DNA of 64,000 nt from a virus. How positions within the stretch are numbered: the first letter of the stretch is position 1; each line of letters begins with the position of its first letter. The notes beneath the pieces were generated by a model. It saw only the letters and a list, made by a program, of their open reading frames with translations. It searched no databases and was not told the DNA's origin. The stretch covers positions 84,365 through 148,364 of IMG/VR virus record IMGVR_UViG_3300032032_000001; one strand, written 5' to 3'. Shown piece after piece: positions 9,401 through 17,041 of this stretch. A program made the position numbers and the translations under genes.

Positions 9401-10791
9401 CTGAAGTAGAGGCAAATATCGGGCCTATTAGTCCTGATAACCCCCTTGCTTTCGGTATGTACTTGGCGTTCCTCAACACCTCAAACATCAACATCGCAGC
9501 ATTCGGTGTCGATGAGGTTACTGCGGATGCGCCACAGGGGACTGTTAAAGCATACGCTGAGGCACTTGACTTCTTACAGATGAAGGAAGTCTACGCTCTT
9601 GCTCCTCTCACGCATGACATGGAAGTGTTCAAGGTGTTCAACCAACACGTGAACGACATGTCGGCACCTACGGGCAAGAAAGAGCGGATGGTGCTTTGCT
9701 GTCCAGAGCTTCCTTCTGAGAAGCCCTCGATCCTAGCCTTCTCCTCAACGGACTTCGAGATTAGTCCAGAGGGTGGCGGAAAGTGGAGACTAACTGACGC
9801 GAATGGTGGAAACATCATGCTGGCTCTAAATGAGTCCACTGTTAAGGATGCTAACGGAAACCCGCTCGACCTGAGCGTTGGCGACTCGTTGCTCCCTGAG
9901 CAGGATGTTTATATCGACCGTGAGGGAGATCCCTACCGATACCTGATCACCGCACTTCCCGCTGCCGATGCCGTAATCATCGAGCCTGCGAATGATGTGT
10001 GGCGTCCAGGCGTCTACGGCCCAGGAACGGGTGGCAACGCTGACGCGTATTACAACAACGCTAATCCTGAGGATTGGGCAGCTACTGGAGAAGGTGCTTC
10101 CATCTTCGTTAGACAGGCAGCTACTGATTTGTCTACCACTGGTGGCAAGCTCGCTACCTGTGAGACTCTCGCGGAGATTGCTGGCGGACCTACCGGGTTC
10201 CAGAACCGAAGACTCGTACTTGTTCTTCCAGACCAAGTTGGTGTTTCGATTGGTGGCCTTGAGTCCGCTGTGAACGGCTACTACTTATGTGGTGCCATCG
10301 CTGCAATGATTGGTCAGCAGAATCCATCACAACCGTTTACCAACCTGCCTATGGTTGGGTTTACGCGCCCGATTGGATCCAATGACTTGTTCAGCGAAAA
10401 CGCTATGTCCACGGCTGCTGCTGGTGGGATTTACTGGGTTATTCAGGACAATCCTGGCGGAGCGCTGGTGTCAAGGCACCAATTAACAACGGACCTCACT
10501 TCTATTAAGACTAGAGAAATGTCTATTCTTAAGGCTGTGGATTACGTTGCTAAATTAATGAGAGGACAGGTTAAGCGATTTATCGGTCGCAATAACATCA
10601 CTAAGCAGCTTCTCGAAGCCATCTCTTTGGGGATGCAGGGATCGCTCGCTAGTGTAACTGGTTCGGTTGTAGCTGAGGCCACTCTTGATTCTTTGACTCA
10701 AGACTCGGACCAGCCGGATACAATTAGAGCGGAAGTGACCTTGGTTCCGTTCTATCCCGCAAACTACATCAAGATCACTATTTACGTGTAA
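6439..10791 (+). CDS. Tail sheath protein with large inserted domains
   Basis: N-terminal LTRPGVEIAQE, C-terminal REMSILKAVDYV...FIGRNNI...VPFYPANYIKITIYV typical of contractile sheaths. Confidence 0.85.
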   Translation: MATLTRPGVEIAQEITAGAPTILTPTLVPCLVGPCFQIVSPLTEDGALNTGAIVSVAALVQSDQPLPAALSLSGRSMQIKVNNGQVQTINFPVTINGEAIDHALTVNTINKQLTGAVAEIVGDKLNIRTNSKGSSQSIELINIADPNVEAYSLLEINQLVGVVVTGQSQYTNISYTVPYSSFPSPMASVDEVVITDENTKMYRYFGGTLREFSEDSAINTNAYAWNVMQVADHTVASAHSPAFGDSKSWMFGKVKAGSKTDTMQHLGSDAYLEFPLCHDVAPDGGSLGVMTQWPDPRGKNKIVLHAKGMSDYTSSGILSSMGTAASLGNAGNNLSLTMSHNAGLGDGATVVYTPGTGLEVTVSDDTTFATLAAAIAASPSLADASGEMSVTLESDVDDPAVATVRNFTAGNPAGAPWNNANTCSLNLSYGSDPVDFSIDAPVAEGCGQGEANNENLSQAHVCGAVPIGGGDTATDLGIAGETISVSIDGGAAVSHTFIGGDPVIGGLNTALTGVGTATQVGYALSNDIGETFQPIRITSVSDNGHDSTIEISADNALVIQRLFSGSASGSGSAAPAAQTAALNEDRGGLLTSAAYNAVTGQNESVNQRALVPGSVTIQIDGAVAIGCIAGIGDDTCNATAGNAAATVNIEVDGGATSFDVNMPAGGWPGDPGAAAAAMQAGIVAAGGGLDSQICASEHAGTVVISRFSGNVGDSIAILSTGDADLAAYFANTDVTSTCEATSITLRDSGASPAFRVECTAASTGSQIGVAGTLDEWVMGGAEADNTGRAATQINYSSGDINFAFAGDDFAGAYADAHPITMKLGAAPSATVTYNRSWANTVQAAKQGYTGKLHHGQSNRTILSDFVSHDGNVLGRVSAIEDFAAGGATFSGAQVVLSEFALDNKQLSNKWYMTADGVVAGSVDNPRVEPEASGNDLEQIYTLKHALNRDSSGVAISGGADIYVDYSALRRDVTGSAADPGLLVFNSIAEVEANIGPISPDNPLAFGMYLAFLNTSNINIAAFGVDEVTADAPQGTVKAYAEALDFLQMKEVYALAPLTHDMEVFKVFNQHVNDMSAPTGKKERMVLCCPELPSEKPSILAFSSTDFEISPEGGGKWRLTDANGGNIMLALNESTVKDANGNPLDLSVGDSLLPEQDVYIDREGDPYRYLITALPAADAVIIEPANDVWRPGVYGPGTGGNADAYYNNANPEDWAATGEGASIFVRQAATDLSTTGGKLATCETLAEIAGGPTGFQNRRLVLVLPDQVGVSIGGLESAVNGYYLCGAIAAMIGQQNPSQPFTNLPMVGFTRPIGSNDLFSENAMSTAAAGGIYWVIQDNPGGALVSRHQLTTDLTSIKTREMSILKAVDYVAKLMRGQVKRFIGRNNITKQLLEAISLGMQGSLASVTGSVVAEATLDSLTQDSDQPDTIRAEVTLVPFYPANYIKITIYV

Positions 10792-10818
10792 TAAAGCCCA
10801 CGTTTAAGGAGAAAGAAA

Positions 10819-11076
10819 ATGGCAAGTAAAGCTTTTGGATCGCAAAAAAGACCCGCTGGTAAAGAGTTTCGTGACGGAACTGTCGGAGAGGCCCTTGACG
10901 AAGTGTACAAGGACGTTGACGCCGGATTCGCTAACCTGGAACAGCCACTCATCGCTGACTCCGCTGAAGTAGGCGGTAACGAGGCAGCAAACGAGGCTAG
11001 CATTATTGCTCACGCAGCAAAGATTAACGAGATCCTCGTTGCCCTTAAGGCGGCTGGAATCGTTGCAGAAGCGTAA
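10819..11076 (+). CDS. Head-fibre-like small protein
   Basis: C-terminal KINEILVALKAAGIV resembles the phage fibre trimerisation motif. Confidence 0.5.
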   Translation: MASKAFGSQKRPAGKEFRDGTVGEALDEVYKDVDAGFANLEQPLIADSAEVGGNEAANEASIIAHAAKINEILVALKAAGIVAEA

Positions 11077-11110
11077 GCTCACCACGGAACCACCTGATAA
11101 GGAGTAATTC

Positions 11111-11875
11111 ATGCCCGGTTTAGAAAATTGGTCACCATATAAGACCCACGTACAGGGTGGTCTGCGAGAAGGTAACTTCCTAAACGGGCAGTTCATCCTC
11201 ATCTGCGCGGGACCACCGTTCTTTAGTCAGCTCGCCCTTGGGTCTGGAGACTCTGATCTGTCGAATACCATCGTGTATCCGATTGGTTTGACCCAGAACA
11301 TCGCGCTGTCTCAGAACAAAGCCATCAGTCGAATCTTTGAGATTGGTTCGGACCGAAGCTACTTCATCTCTGGCCGAAGCGTTGGACAGTTGTCCCTCGG
11401 CAGAGTTGTGTATCACGGACCTTCCCTTCTTCGCTGCTTGTACGCATACTATGACACCACTAATGGTGACGTTGATGAGTACAAGATCCGTCCTTTGATG
11501 GAGACAGCAGGTTTGGGAATCAACCCCTTCTCCACCGAAGGCGCTGATAGTGTTAGTTCGGGACTTCACTCTGTGAAGATTCCCCCAGGTTACGACAACA
11601 TGTTCTTGAACTTGGCGTCGGATCTGTTCAGCCAGCCTCTTGGCATCTTGCTTATCTTCAAAGATAACGAAGAGAACAACATCGCAACGGTCTATCTTGA
11701 CCAGTGTTATGTGCCACAGCACTCTCTTGCTGTTGACGCACAGGGCCTCCTTATTCAGGAGTCTGTGGGTATTCAGTATGAGAAGATGGTTCCAATTAAG
11801 CTCGCGCAGCTTAACTTGATCCAAGGCATTCTGGCAGACGACACCGGCGGATTCACTAGCGAATCACAGGTGTAA
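11111..11875 (+). CDS. Tail tube protein
   Basis: Follows sheath; IGLTQN...RIFEIGSDRSYFISG and IQESVGIQYE are typical of tube proteins. Confidence 0.75.
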   Translation: MPGLENWSPYKTHVQGGLREGNFLNGQFILICAGPPFFSQLALGSGDSDLSNTIVYPIGLTQNIALSQNKAISRIFEIGSDRSYFISGRSVGQLSLGRVVYHGPSLLRCLYAYYDTTNGDVDEYKIRPLMETAGLGINPFSTEGADSVSSGLHSVKIPPGYDNMFLNLASDLFSQPLGILLIFKDNEENNIATVYLDQCYVPQHSLAVDAQGLLIQESVGIQYEKMVPIKLAQLNLIQGILADDTGGFTSESQV

Positions 11876-11876
11876 T

Positions 11877-12185
11877 ATGCCTCCTTGGTCAGAACTTGCC
11901 ACAGTACTCTTCCTTGCTGGCGTAATTACTTACGGCGTAACGGAAATTTTCAAAATTGCTTGCCGTAAGTGGGTGGGTACTGATGTTAACAGTGCGGACC
12001 CCGTGTGGTGGCAAGTTGCGTTCCGAGTTATCCCAATCGCAGTCGGGACCCTTGTAGGTTGGCGCTTCTATATGGAGCAGCCAATTTGGGGTCTATCGGT
12101 AGGCTGCTCAGCCGGAGTTTTAGCGGCACTTATTTATAAGAAAGCCAAAGAGATGATAGGTGCAATAAGGAGCCCCCAAAAATGA
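11877..12185 (+). CDS. Holin-like membrane protein
   Basis: 102 aa, about three hydrophobic segments, basic C-terminus. Confidence 0.55.
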   Translation: MPPWSELATVLFLAGVITYGVTEIFKIACRKWVGTDVNSADPVWWQVAFRVIPIAVGTLVGWRFYMEQPIWGLSVGCSAGVLAALIYKKAKEMIGAIRSPQK

Positions 12186-13237
12186 TTCCTTTAGACAAAG
12201 AAGCCACAAAGCAACATCTCATTAGCTTGCTGACAAAAACTTCTGAGGCTGAACGGGTTAATATGCCCGCCAAGTTAGTACAGACACGAACCCGCGCAAA
12301 GTTTGACGTACCACACGCTAAGTTTATTAAACGTGTGAAACGGGATATGCGTAAGGCTAATCGCGGTGGCGGTGGGGGCGGAATTGTTCGCACCCATAGG
12401 TCTGGTCCTGACAAGCCCAAAAGCACCACATTCGATGTTGCGGGTGGGCAGGCCAAGGCTAAACATGTTGGCGTAGATCACTACCAAGCACCGGCTAAGC
12501 TAATCCAGGCTAGGCCTAAGCCTAAATTTGGGCCTTTGTTTGGTGGTCCTGGGTCCATGGCTCAGAAGAAGCTCGAAGATGGAGCAGCAGCCAAGAGGCG
12601 AAAAGCAAACACAAAGAGCGATCTCCAGAGAAAGCTTTTCGGTGTTGCGTCTCTTAAGCGTGGGTGGGCCCCTGGAGACCAGTCCAACATGACTGGTATG
12701 CAGAAAGACTACTTGGCTAGAAATAAAGGAAACTTGTCTTCATCTTTGGATGAGCAAGGAAACTTTCTTAGGCCCGGAGCTAAAAAGCTTGAAAGCCCTG
12801 TGAAGGCCCTGGCCGCAGCCAAGACCCCTGTGTCTACGCCCAAACCAAAGGCGGAGGCTACTAAGCCAGCCGCTAAGCCCGACCGGTTCGCTGGACGCCC
12901 AAAAACAACTCCTGACGGTAAACCCATCCAATACATCGACATCAAAGAGCCGATGGTTATCAAGGGCAAGGCACCAGCGAGTAAACCAGCGTACGCGCCA
13001 CCTAAATCATTGGTTGGTGCAAACTACGCGTCTCGTAAGAAGTTTATTGAGCATCACGGCGGTAATGCTGCTGACAGGAAGACGTGGAACCCTACGGTTC
13101 GTTCGGCAATGAACAAGTGGTACGGAGACCTTAAGTCTAGAAGAGCTGCCGCAAAGAGCAAGCCACCTGTTCAACACATCACTATGCCCACTATGCATAT
13201 CAAGGGACGGGCTCCTGCCAAGGTTGCCCAGAAATAA
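12182..13237 (+). CDS. Basic low-complexity protein, possible internal head protein
   Basis: K/R/P/A/G-rich; internal repeats PAKLVQTR/PAKLIQAR and PMVIKGKAPA/TMHIKGRAPA. Confidence 0.55.
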   Translation: MIPLDKEATKQHLISLLTKTSEAERVNMPAKLVQTRTRAKFDVPHAKFIKRVKRDMRKANRGGGGGGIVRTHRSGPDKPKSTTFDVAGGQAKAKHVGVDHYQAPAKLIQARPKPKFGPLFGGPGSMAQKKLEDGAAAKRRKANTKSDLQRKLFGVASLKRGWAPGDQSNMTGMQKDYLARNKGNLSSSLDEQGNFLRPGAKKLESPVKALAAAKTPVSTPKPKAEATKPAAKPDRFAGRPKTTPDGKPIQYIDIKEPMVIKGKAPASKPAYAPPKSLVGANYASRKKFIEHHGGNAADRKTWNPTVRSAMNKWYGDLKSRRAAAKSKPPVQHITMPTMHIKGRAPAKVAQK

Positions 13238-13249
13238 AGGACTATACTT

Positions 13250-13828
13250 ATGAACGTCTTTGAAAAATTCGCTGCTAAAAGATTCCTCACAGAGGCTTTG
13301 TTTTATAAGGTAGCGCAACTGCCCCCAGCACAGCAGAATGCCATCCGTGGCCGCGCAGCGAGCGCGTTTGCTGAGATGGACGCTATGCCGAAACCAAAGC
13401 CCCTGCCGCAGAACCCTAAGAAGACCACCACTTCAACGGGTACCATGAAGGTACCACCTATTGGCGGTCCGAAGCCTGGGAATCCACATGCGGCAACTCC
13501 GGCCATAAAGAGCCCTAACCAGCCCATTAAGCGCCCCGTTCCACAGAGCAACCCTAACGTTTTAGACACAGCGGCTAAGGGTCTTAAGAAGATCCCAAGT
13601 GCTATGGAAAGAATGAAGAGACGCCCAGCGAAAACCACTGTTATGCAGGGTTCCACCGGGGCAAATGTGAAGGGCGGATTTGCGTTTGATCGGAAGGCTG
13701 CCCAGGCGGACTACATTAAGAAGCGCGGTACGTACAGCAAGAACCCCAGCATGGATAGAACGATCCACTTCAGCCGAGCACGACGCGCCGCACTGAAGGC
13801 ACACCACGCGAAGCAACAAGGGCAGTAG
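13250..13828 (+). CDS. Basic Pro-rich protein, possible internal head protein
   Basis: N-terminal FEKFAA...LFYKVA, then basic disordered sequence. Confidence 0.55.
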   Translation: MNVFEKFAAKRFLTEALFYKVAQLPPAQQNAIRGRAASAFAEMDAMPKPKPLPQNPKKTTTSTGTMKVPPIGGPKPGNPHAATPAIKSPNQPIKRPVPQSNPNVLDTAAKGLKKIPSAMERMKRRPAKTTVMQGSTGANVKGGFAFDRKAAQADYIKKRGTYSKNPSMDRTIHFSRARRAALKAHHAKQQGQ

Positions 13829-13831
13829 GCT

Positions 13832-14257
13832 TTAGTCGGGAGTGTTTACCGCATAGGTAATTCCGACAGTCGTGCCTGTGGCGACCACAAACCCAACAGC
13901 GAACCAAAAAGCAGGGTGCTCATACCAAGCTGGCTTAGCCACCACGAGCGCTTCTTGGTGAAGCTGGAACAACTTATCGCCCCTCGTCTGCTCTGCCAGC
14001 AGGAGGGATGTGAGGCGCTTCTCACGGCTTTCCCACAGCTCTTTGTGGAAAGACAGCTCCAGCTTTAGCCTGGGAACGTCTATCTTCAGGCACCTCAGTC
14101 CATCAGCCGCAGCGTCCGTGGGCAATAAGACCCCGGAGCATGGCGATGTTACCGCAATTGGCACCGTACATTTGACCGGCGTTGGTTCTTGCGCACTCAC
14201 CTGTAGTGGTAGAAGAACCATAGCGGCACATAGATACGCTGATATGAGTCGTTTCAT
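13832..14257 (-). CDS. Exported coiled-coil protein with C-terminal membrane anchor (spanin-like)
   Basis: Signal peptide ending VSA-QE, coiled coil, C-terminal WYEHPAFWFAVGFVVA. Confidence 0.5.
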   Translation of the reverse strand: MKRLISAYLCAAMVLLPLQVSAQEPTPVKCTVPIAVTSPCSGVLLPTDAAADGLRCLKIDVPRLKLELSFHKELWESREKRLTSLLLAEQTRGDKLFQLHQEALVVAKPAWYEHPAFWFAVGFVVATGTTVGITYAVNTPD

Positions 14258-14652
14258 TCGTCTTCCCCGTTCTTTTTCTTCCTTTTAAGAAGGAACTCGC
14301 TCCATTCGTTTGCAATAGCCACGGGCCCCTTGACCTCAGCGTTCTTTAGCTCATCTTCTTCGTCCTTTAGGACCTTGAGCTTTTCTTCGTGAGCCGCCCG
14401 TATCTTCTTTTCTTCTCTTCTAGACACGTCCCCGATCTCTGCGATCTCATCAGCGTGCTCCTTCTCTACTAGAGACACTTTTTTCTGAACCTTGAGAAGC
14501 TTCTTACTGGTCGCAGCTCGCTGCATAAAATACCAAACAGCCGCAACTAAAAAGAAGCCGCAGACCAACGCCCAGTGTGGAAGCTTCTTGATAGCCGCCC
14601 ACGCCTTAGAGAACGCCCCCTTTGTACTCAACCATATTGATGCCCATTGCAT
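14254..14652 (-). CDS. i-spanin-like protein (N-terminal TM plus coiled coil)
   Basis: WALVCGFFLVAAVWYF followed by charged helix; ATGA overlap with partner. Confidence 0.5.
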   Translation of the reverse strand: MQWASIWLSTKGAFSKAWAAIKKLPHWALVCGFFLVAAVWYFMQRAATSKKLLKVQKKVSLVEKEHADEIAEIGDVSRREEKKIRAAHEEKLKVLKDEEDELKNAEVKGPVAIANEWSEFLLKRKKKNGEDE

Positions 14653-14715
14653 AATTCCTCCTACTGATAGTTAAAAAAACGCGAACCCATGGGGGGAACG
14701 CGCTTTTGTTATATA

Positions 14716-15138
14716 TTAACCTTTTGCTAAGACAAGTAGCTTTCCATCTTCTTCTTTAACCTTTGCAACCAAACCCTGCCTCTTTAAAGCCTTTTGCGCC
14801 TTTAGAGCAGAGTACCACTGGTTTACCGATTTCGAGAAGCTATTGGTTGCTCCGGTCTTAGCCACAAGTCCTCCGACATCGTCTGAGTCATCTACGTGGA
14901 TGCCGTAGGTGCCATCATCGTTCTTCGCGAAGCCGAACCCGGAGTACCCTCCGTGGAACTCTTGCTTCACGAGTATTTCTACTTCGGACTTGTGTGATGT
15001 GTAGTACCCTTGGAGGGTGATGGTCTTTCCCTCTTCAGCCACCACGATCATATCGTCGGGGACCCCTAGCTTTTTCAAGGCAGAAAGGACCGTCTTTTTA
15101 TCCTTCATGCAGGACTTGCATGTTACCAAGTGTGACAT
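14716..15138 (-). CDS. DUF1257 (Ycf35-like) protein
   Basis: MSH start, ALKKLG, FGFAKNDDGTY, QWYS pattern. Confidence 0.75.
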   Translation of the reverse strand: MSHLVTCKSCMKDKKTVLSALKKLGVPDDMIVVAEEGKTITLQGYYTSHKSEVEILVKQEFHGGYSGFGFAKNDDGTYGIHVDDSDDVGGLVAKTGATNSFSKSVNQWYSALKAQKALKRQGLVAKVKEEDGKLLVLAKG

Positions 15139-15140
15139 TG

Positions 15141-15719
15141 TTACTCCTTCAGTGCTCTCATGAGTCCTAAACTGACGCCTCTAGTCGGGAACCCCGCTAT
15201 GGTAGCGGTATCCCCATCTATGTGTACTTCTACATCTGGGATGTCGTCTAGGGACTCTTTTGAGATACGGTTTGTGATGAATACTAGCTCTTGATTTGTC
15301 GAGCCCCTCAAGGGCTCATTACATGCCAGATCCCTTCTGTAAGGACCGGCCACAATTAAGTCGAAAAACCTAGAACCATCAGCATCCCAAAAGGGCTTCT
15401 TTTTCAGATCTTCGTACGTAATACCTGTGAACATAATTACTGACATATCTGGGTGGCAGAGTCGTACCCTTTCGAGTATCGTCATAATAGGGCTCCACTG
15501 CTCTGTTGGCTCCCCACCGCTTATGGTGATTCCGTCAGGATCCCCACTAACGAGGTCTTCGTAGACCTTGTGCCAAGGCGTGACTGTACCCTTCTCCGCG
15601 CTCCAGGTATGCGAATTAAAGCACCCAGGGCATCCTATAGTACACCCCTGGACATGTAGAACATTTCTACGCCCAGGGCCGTTAACGTAACTATTTTTGG
15701 TTACCTTTGAGATCCTCAT
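15141..15719 (-). CDS. NrdG-like radical SAM activating enzyme
   Basis: NGPGRR, QGCTIGCPGCFN (CxxxCxxC), GITISGGEP, RGSTNQ. Confidence 0.85.
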   Translation of the reverse strand: MRISKVTKNSYVNGPGRRNVLHVQGCTIGCPGCFNSHTWSAEKGTVTPWHKVYEDLVSGDPDGITISGGEPTEQWSPIMTILERVRLCHPDMSVIMFTGITYEDLKKKPFWDADGSRFFDLIVAGPYRRDLACNEPLRGSTNQELVFITNRISKESLDDIPDVEVHIDGDTATIAGFPTRGVSLGLMRALKE

Positions 15720-16018
15720 TCGGCACCATCATCTTCATGAACTGCGTCTGGATCAAAGTCATCCCACATCGCCCAGTTTTGTAGAACCGGACCATCAACG
15801 TCCGCGTTGGAACACGCCTCTGTGGAGAATGGGTACACGTCAATAGATAAGCCCTCGCTGTTAATGAGGATTCCTATATCGGCTTCGCTAGTCCCACTGG
15901 GGTCCTTGACACGAATCCATACACGATTATCTGCGTGTTCTTTAACGAGAGTGTATTCAAACACACTGTTCTGCGTTAAGGCAGGAACGTTCGGACATCC
16001 TGACGGGAGGTCCTTCAT
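15716..16018 (-). CDS. Hypothetical protein
   Basis: ATGA overlaps with neighbours. Confidence 0.55.
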   Translation of the reverse strand: MKDLPSGCPNVPALTQNSVFEYTLVKEHADNRVWIRVKDPSGTSEADIGILINSEGLSIDVYPFSTEACSNADVDGPVLQNWAMWDDFDPDAVHEDDGAE

Positions 16019-16197
16019 GTCTTTAGACTTTCGGAGTCAGTTTCATAGAACTCCGGCTTGATTTCTTCTTTTACAACTTCTCCGCCAAGAGCCTTGATAA
16101 CGGCGTCAGTGTACTGCTTACAGCCACCGCCTTTGATCCCGTTTACCTCGGTCTCGACAGACCCATCCTCATGGATGGTTACTCGCACTTCAACCAT
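16015..16197 (-). CDS. DUF2997 protein
   Basis: VTIHEDGSVETEVNGIKGGGC...LG...KPEFY; GGAGG SD before ATG 16197. Confidence 0.8.
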   Translation of the reverse strand: MVEVRVTIHEDGSVETEVNGIKGGGCKQYTDAVIKALGGEVVKEEIKPEFYETDSESLKT

Positions 16198-17041
16198 TGT
16201 AATACCTCCAGTATTTAGTGAAATTTTTCTCAATTTGTTCCGCTGCTTCAATATGCCCAGGACCAAGCGAGACCCCGTCGGGATCCCTCAAATATGACCC
16301 AGCCTGTTCGAGTATATTACTTGATAATAATACCCGCATTAACTCAAACCCACGGGAGAACCCCCGCTGGCTGAACAAGAACCCGCACGATTTACTGTTG
16401 GGTGGGCACACCATCGATCTGAATATATTGAATCTAACTCTTAGGTAGGCGAGAGACCCGTATTCATTTCTGGTCTTCTCGCGCTCGGTCCTTATCCGGA
16501 CAGAGCATAATCTGTTGATTGTTCCCTCAAGCGCTGAAGAAGGCTTAGGGACTAAATCTCGTACAGGAACCCTTAACTGGTTTACGACCAGGATTAAGGC
16601 TCCTCTTTTTAACGCTTCCTCTCTTAGAAAACTAAGGCCGTGGTATGCAGCCTTCCTCTCGGCGAAGGGGACACGTTCATCAACACCTAAGCGCTGATCG
16701 CACAGCGGCTCTGTGGAGGACAGGGAGTCTATAGTTATCACCATGGCCCCCTCATCAAGAAGGGTGTAAGCCGATTCTATAGCAGACTCCATGCTGTTTG
16801 GGATGACGGCTATTAGGTCCTTTGGACCAGCAGCCTGTATATACCCAGAGCTAGGGAAAGCCTCCGTATGGATAAGGGCGGTCGGGAGGCCCCCAACGGA
16901 GGCCTCCCTCATCACACTGAAACACAACGTAGATTTACCACTAGCGTCCTCCCCGATAACTTCACAGATACCGGGTGGTATTCCTCCAAGGAGCGCTTCA
17001 TCTAGTTGATAGATGCCAGTGCGATGCCGCCCATAACTCAA
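16190..17041 (-). CDS. RecA-family ATPase, divergent
   Basis: TGIYQLDEALLGGIPPG, Walker A GEDASGKST, Walker B ITIDSL, VVNQLR. Confidence 0.75.
   Translation of the reverse strand: MSYGRHRTGIYQLDEALLGGIPPGICEVIGEDASGKSTLCFSVMREASVGGLPTALIHTEAFPSSGYIQAAGPKDLIAVIPNSMESAIESAYTLLDEGAMVITIDSLSSTEPLCDQRLGVDERVPFAERKAAYHGLSFLREEALKRGALILVVNQLRVPVRDLVPKPSSALEGTINRLCSVRIRTEREKTRNEYGSLAYLRVRFNIFRSMVCPPNSKSCGFLFSQRGFSRGFELMRVLLSSNILEQAGSYLRDPDGVSLGPGHIEAAEQIEKNFTKYWRYYNG

Noticed and set aside
1643-11824. Long antisense ORFs (for example 2090-2728, 2798-3655, 11180-11824)
   Set aside because: Shadows of codon-biased structural genes, with no SD or motifs
15141-15719. Calling this nrdG of an anaerobic RNR
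   Set aside because: No nrdD in the window and the RNR present is class II, so the gene symbol is withheld
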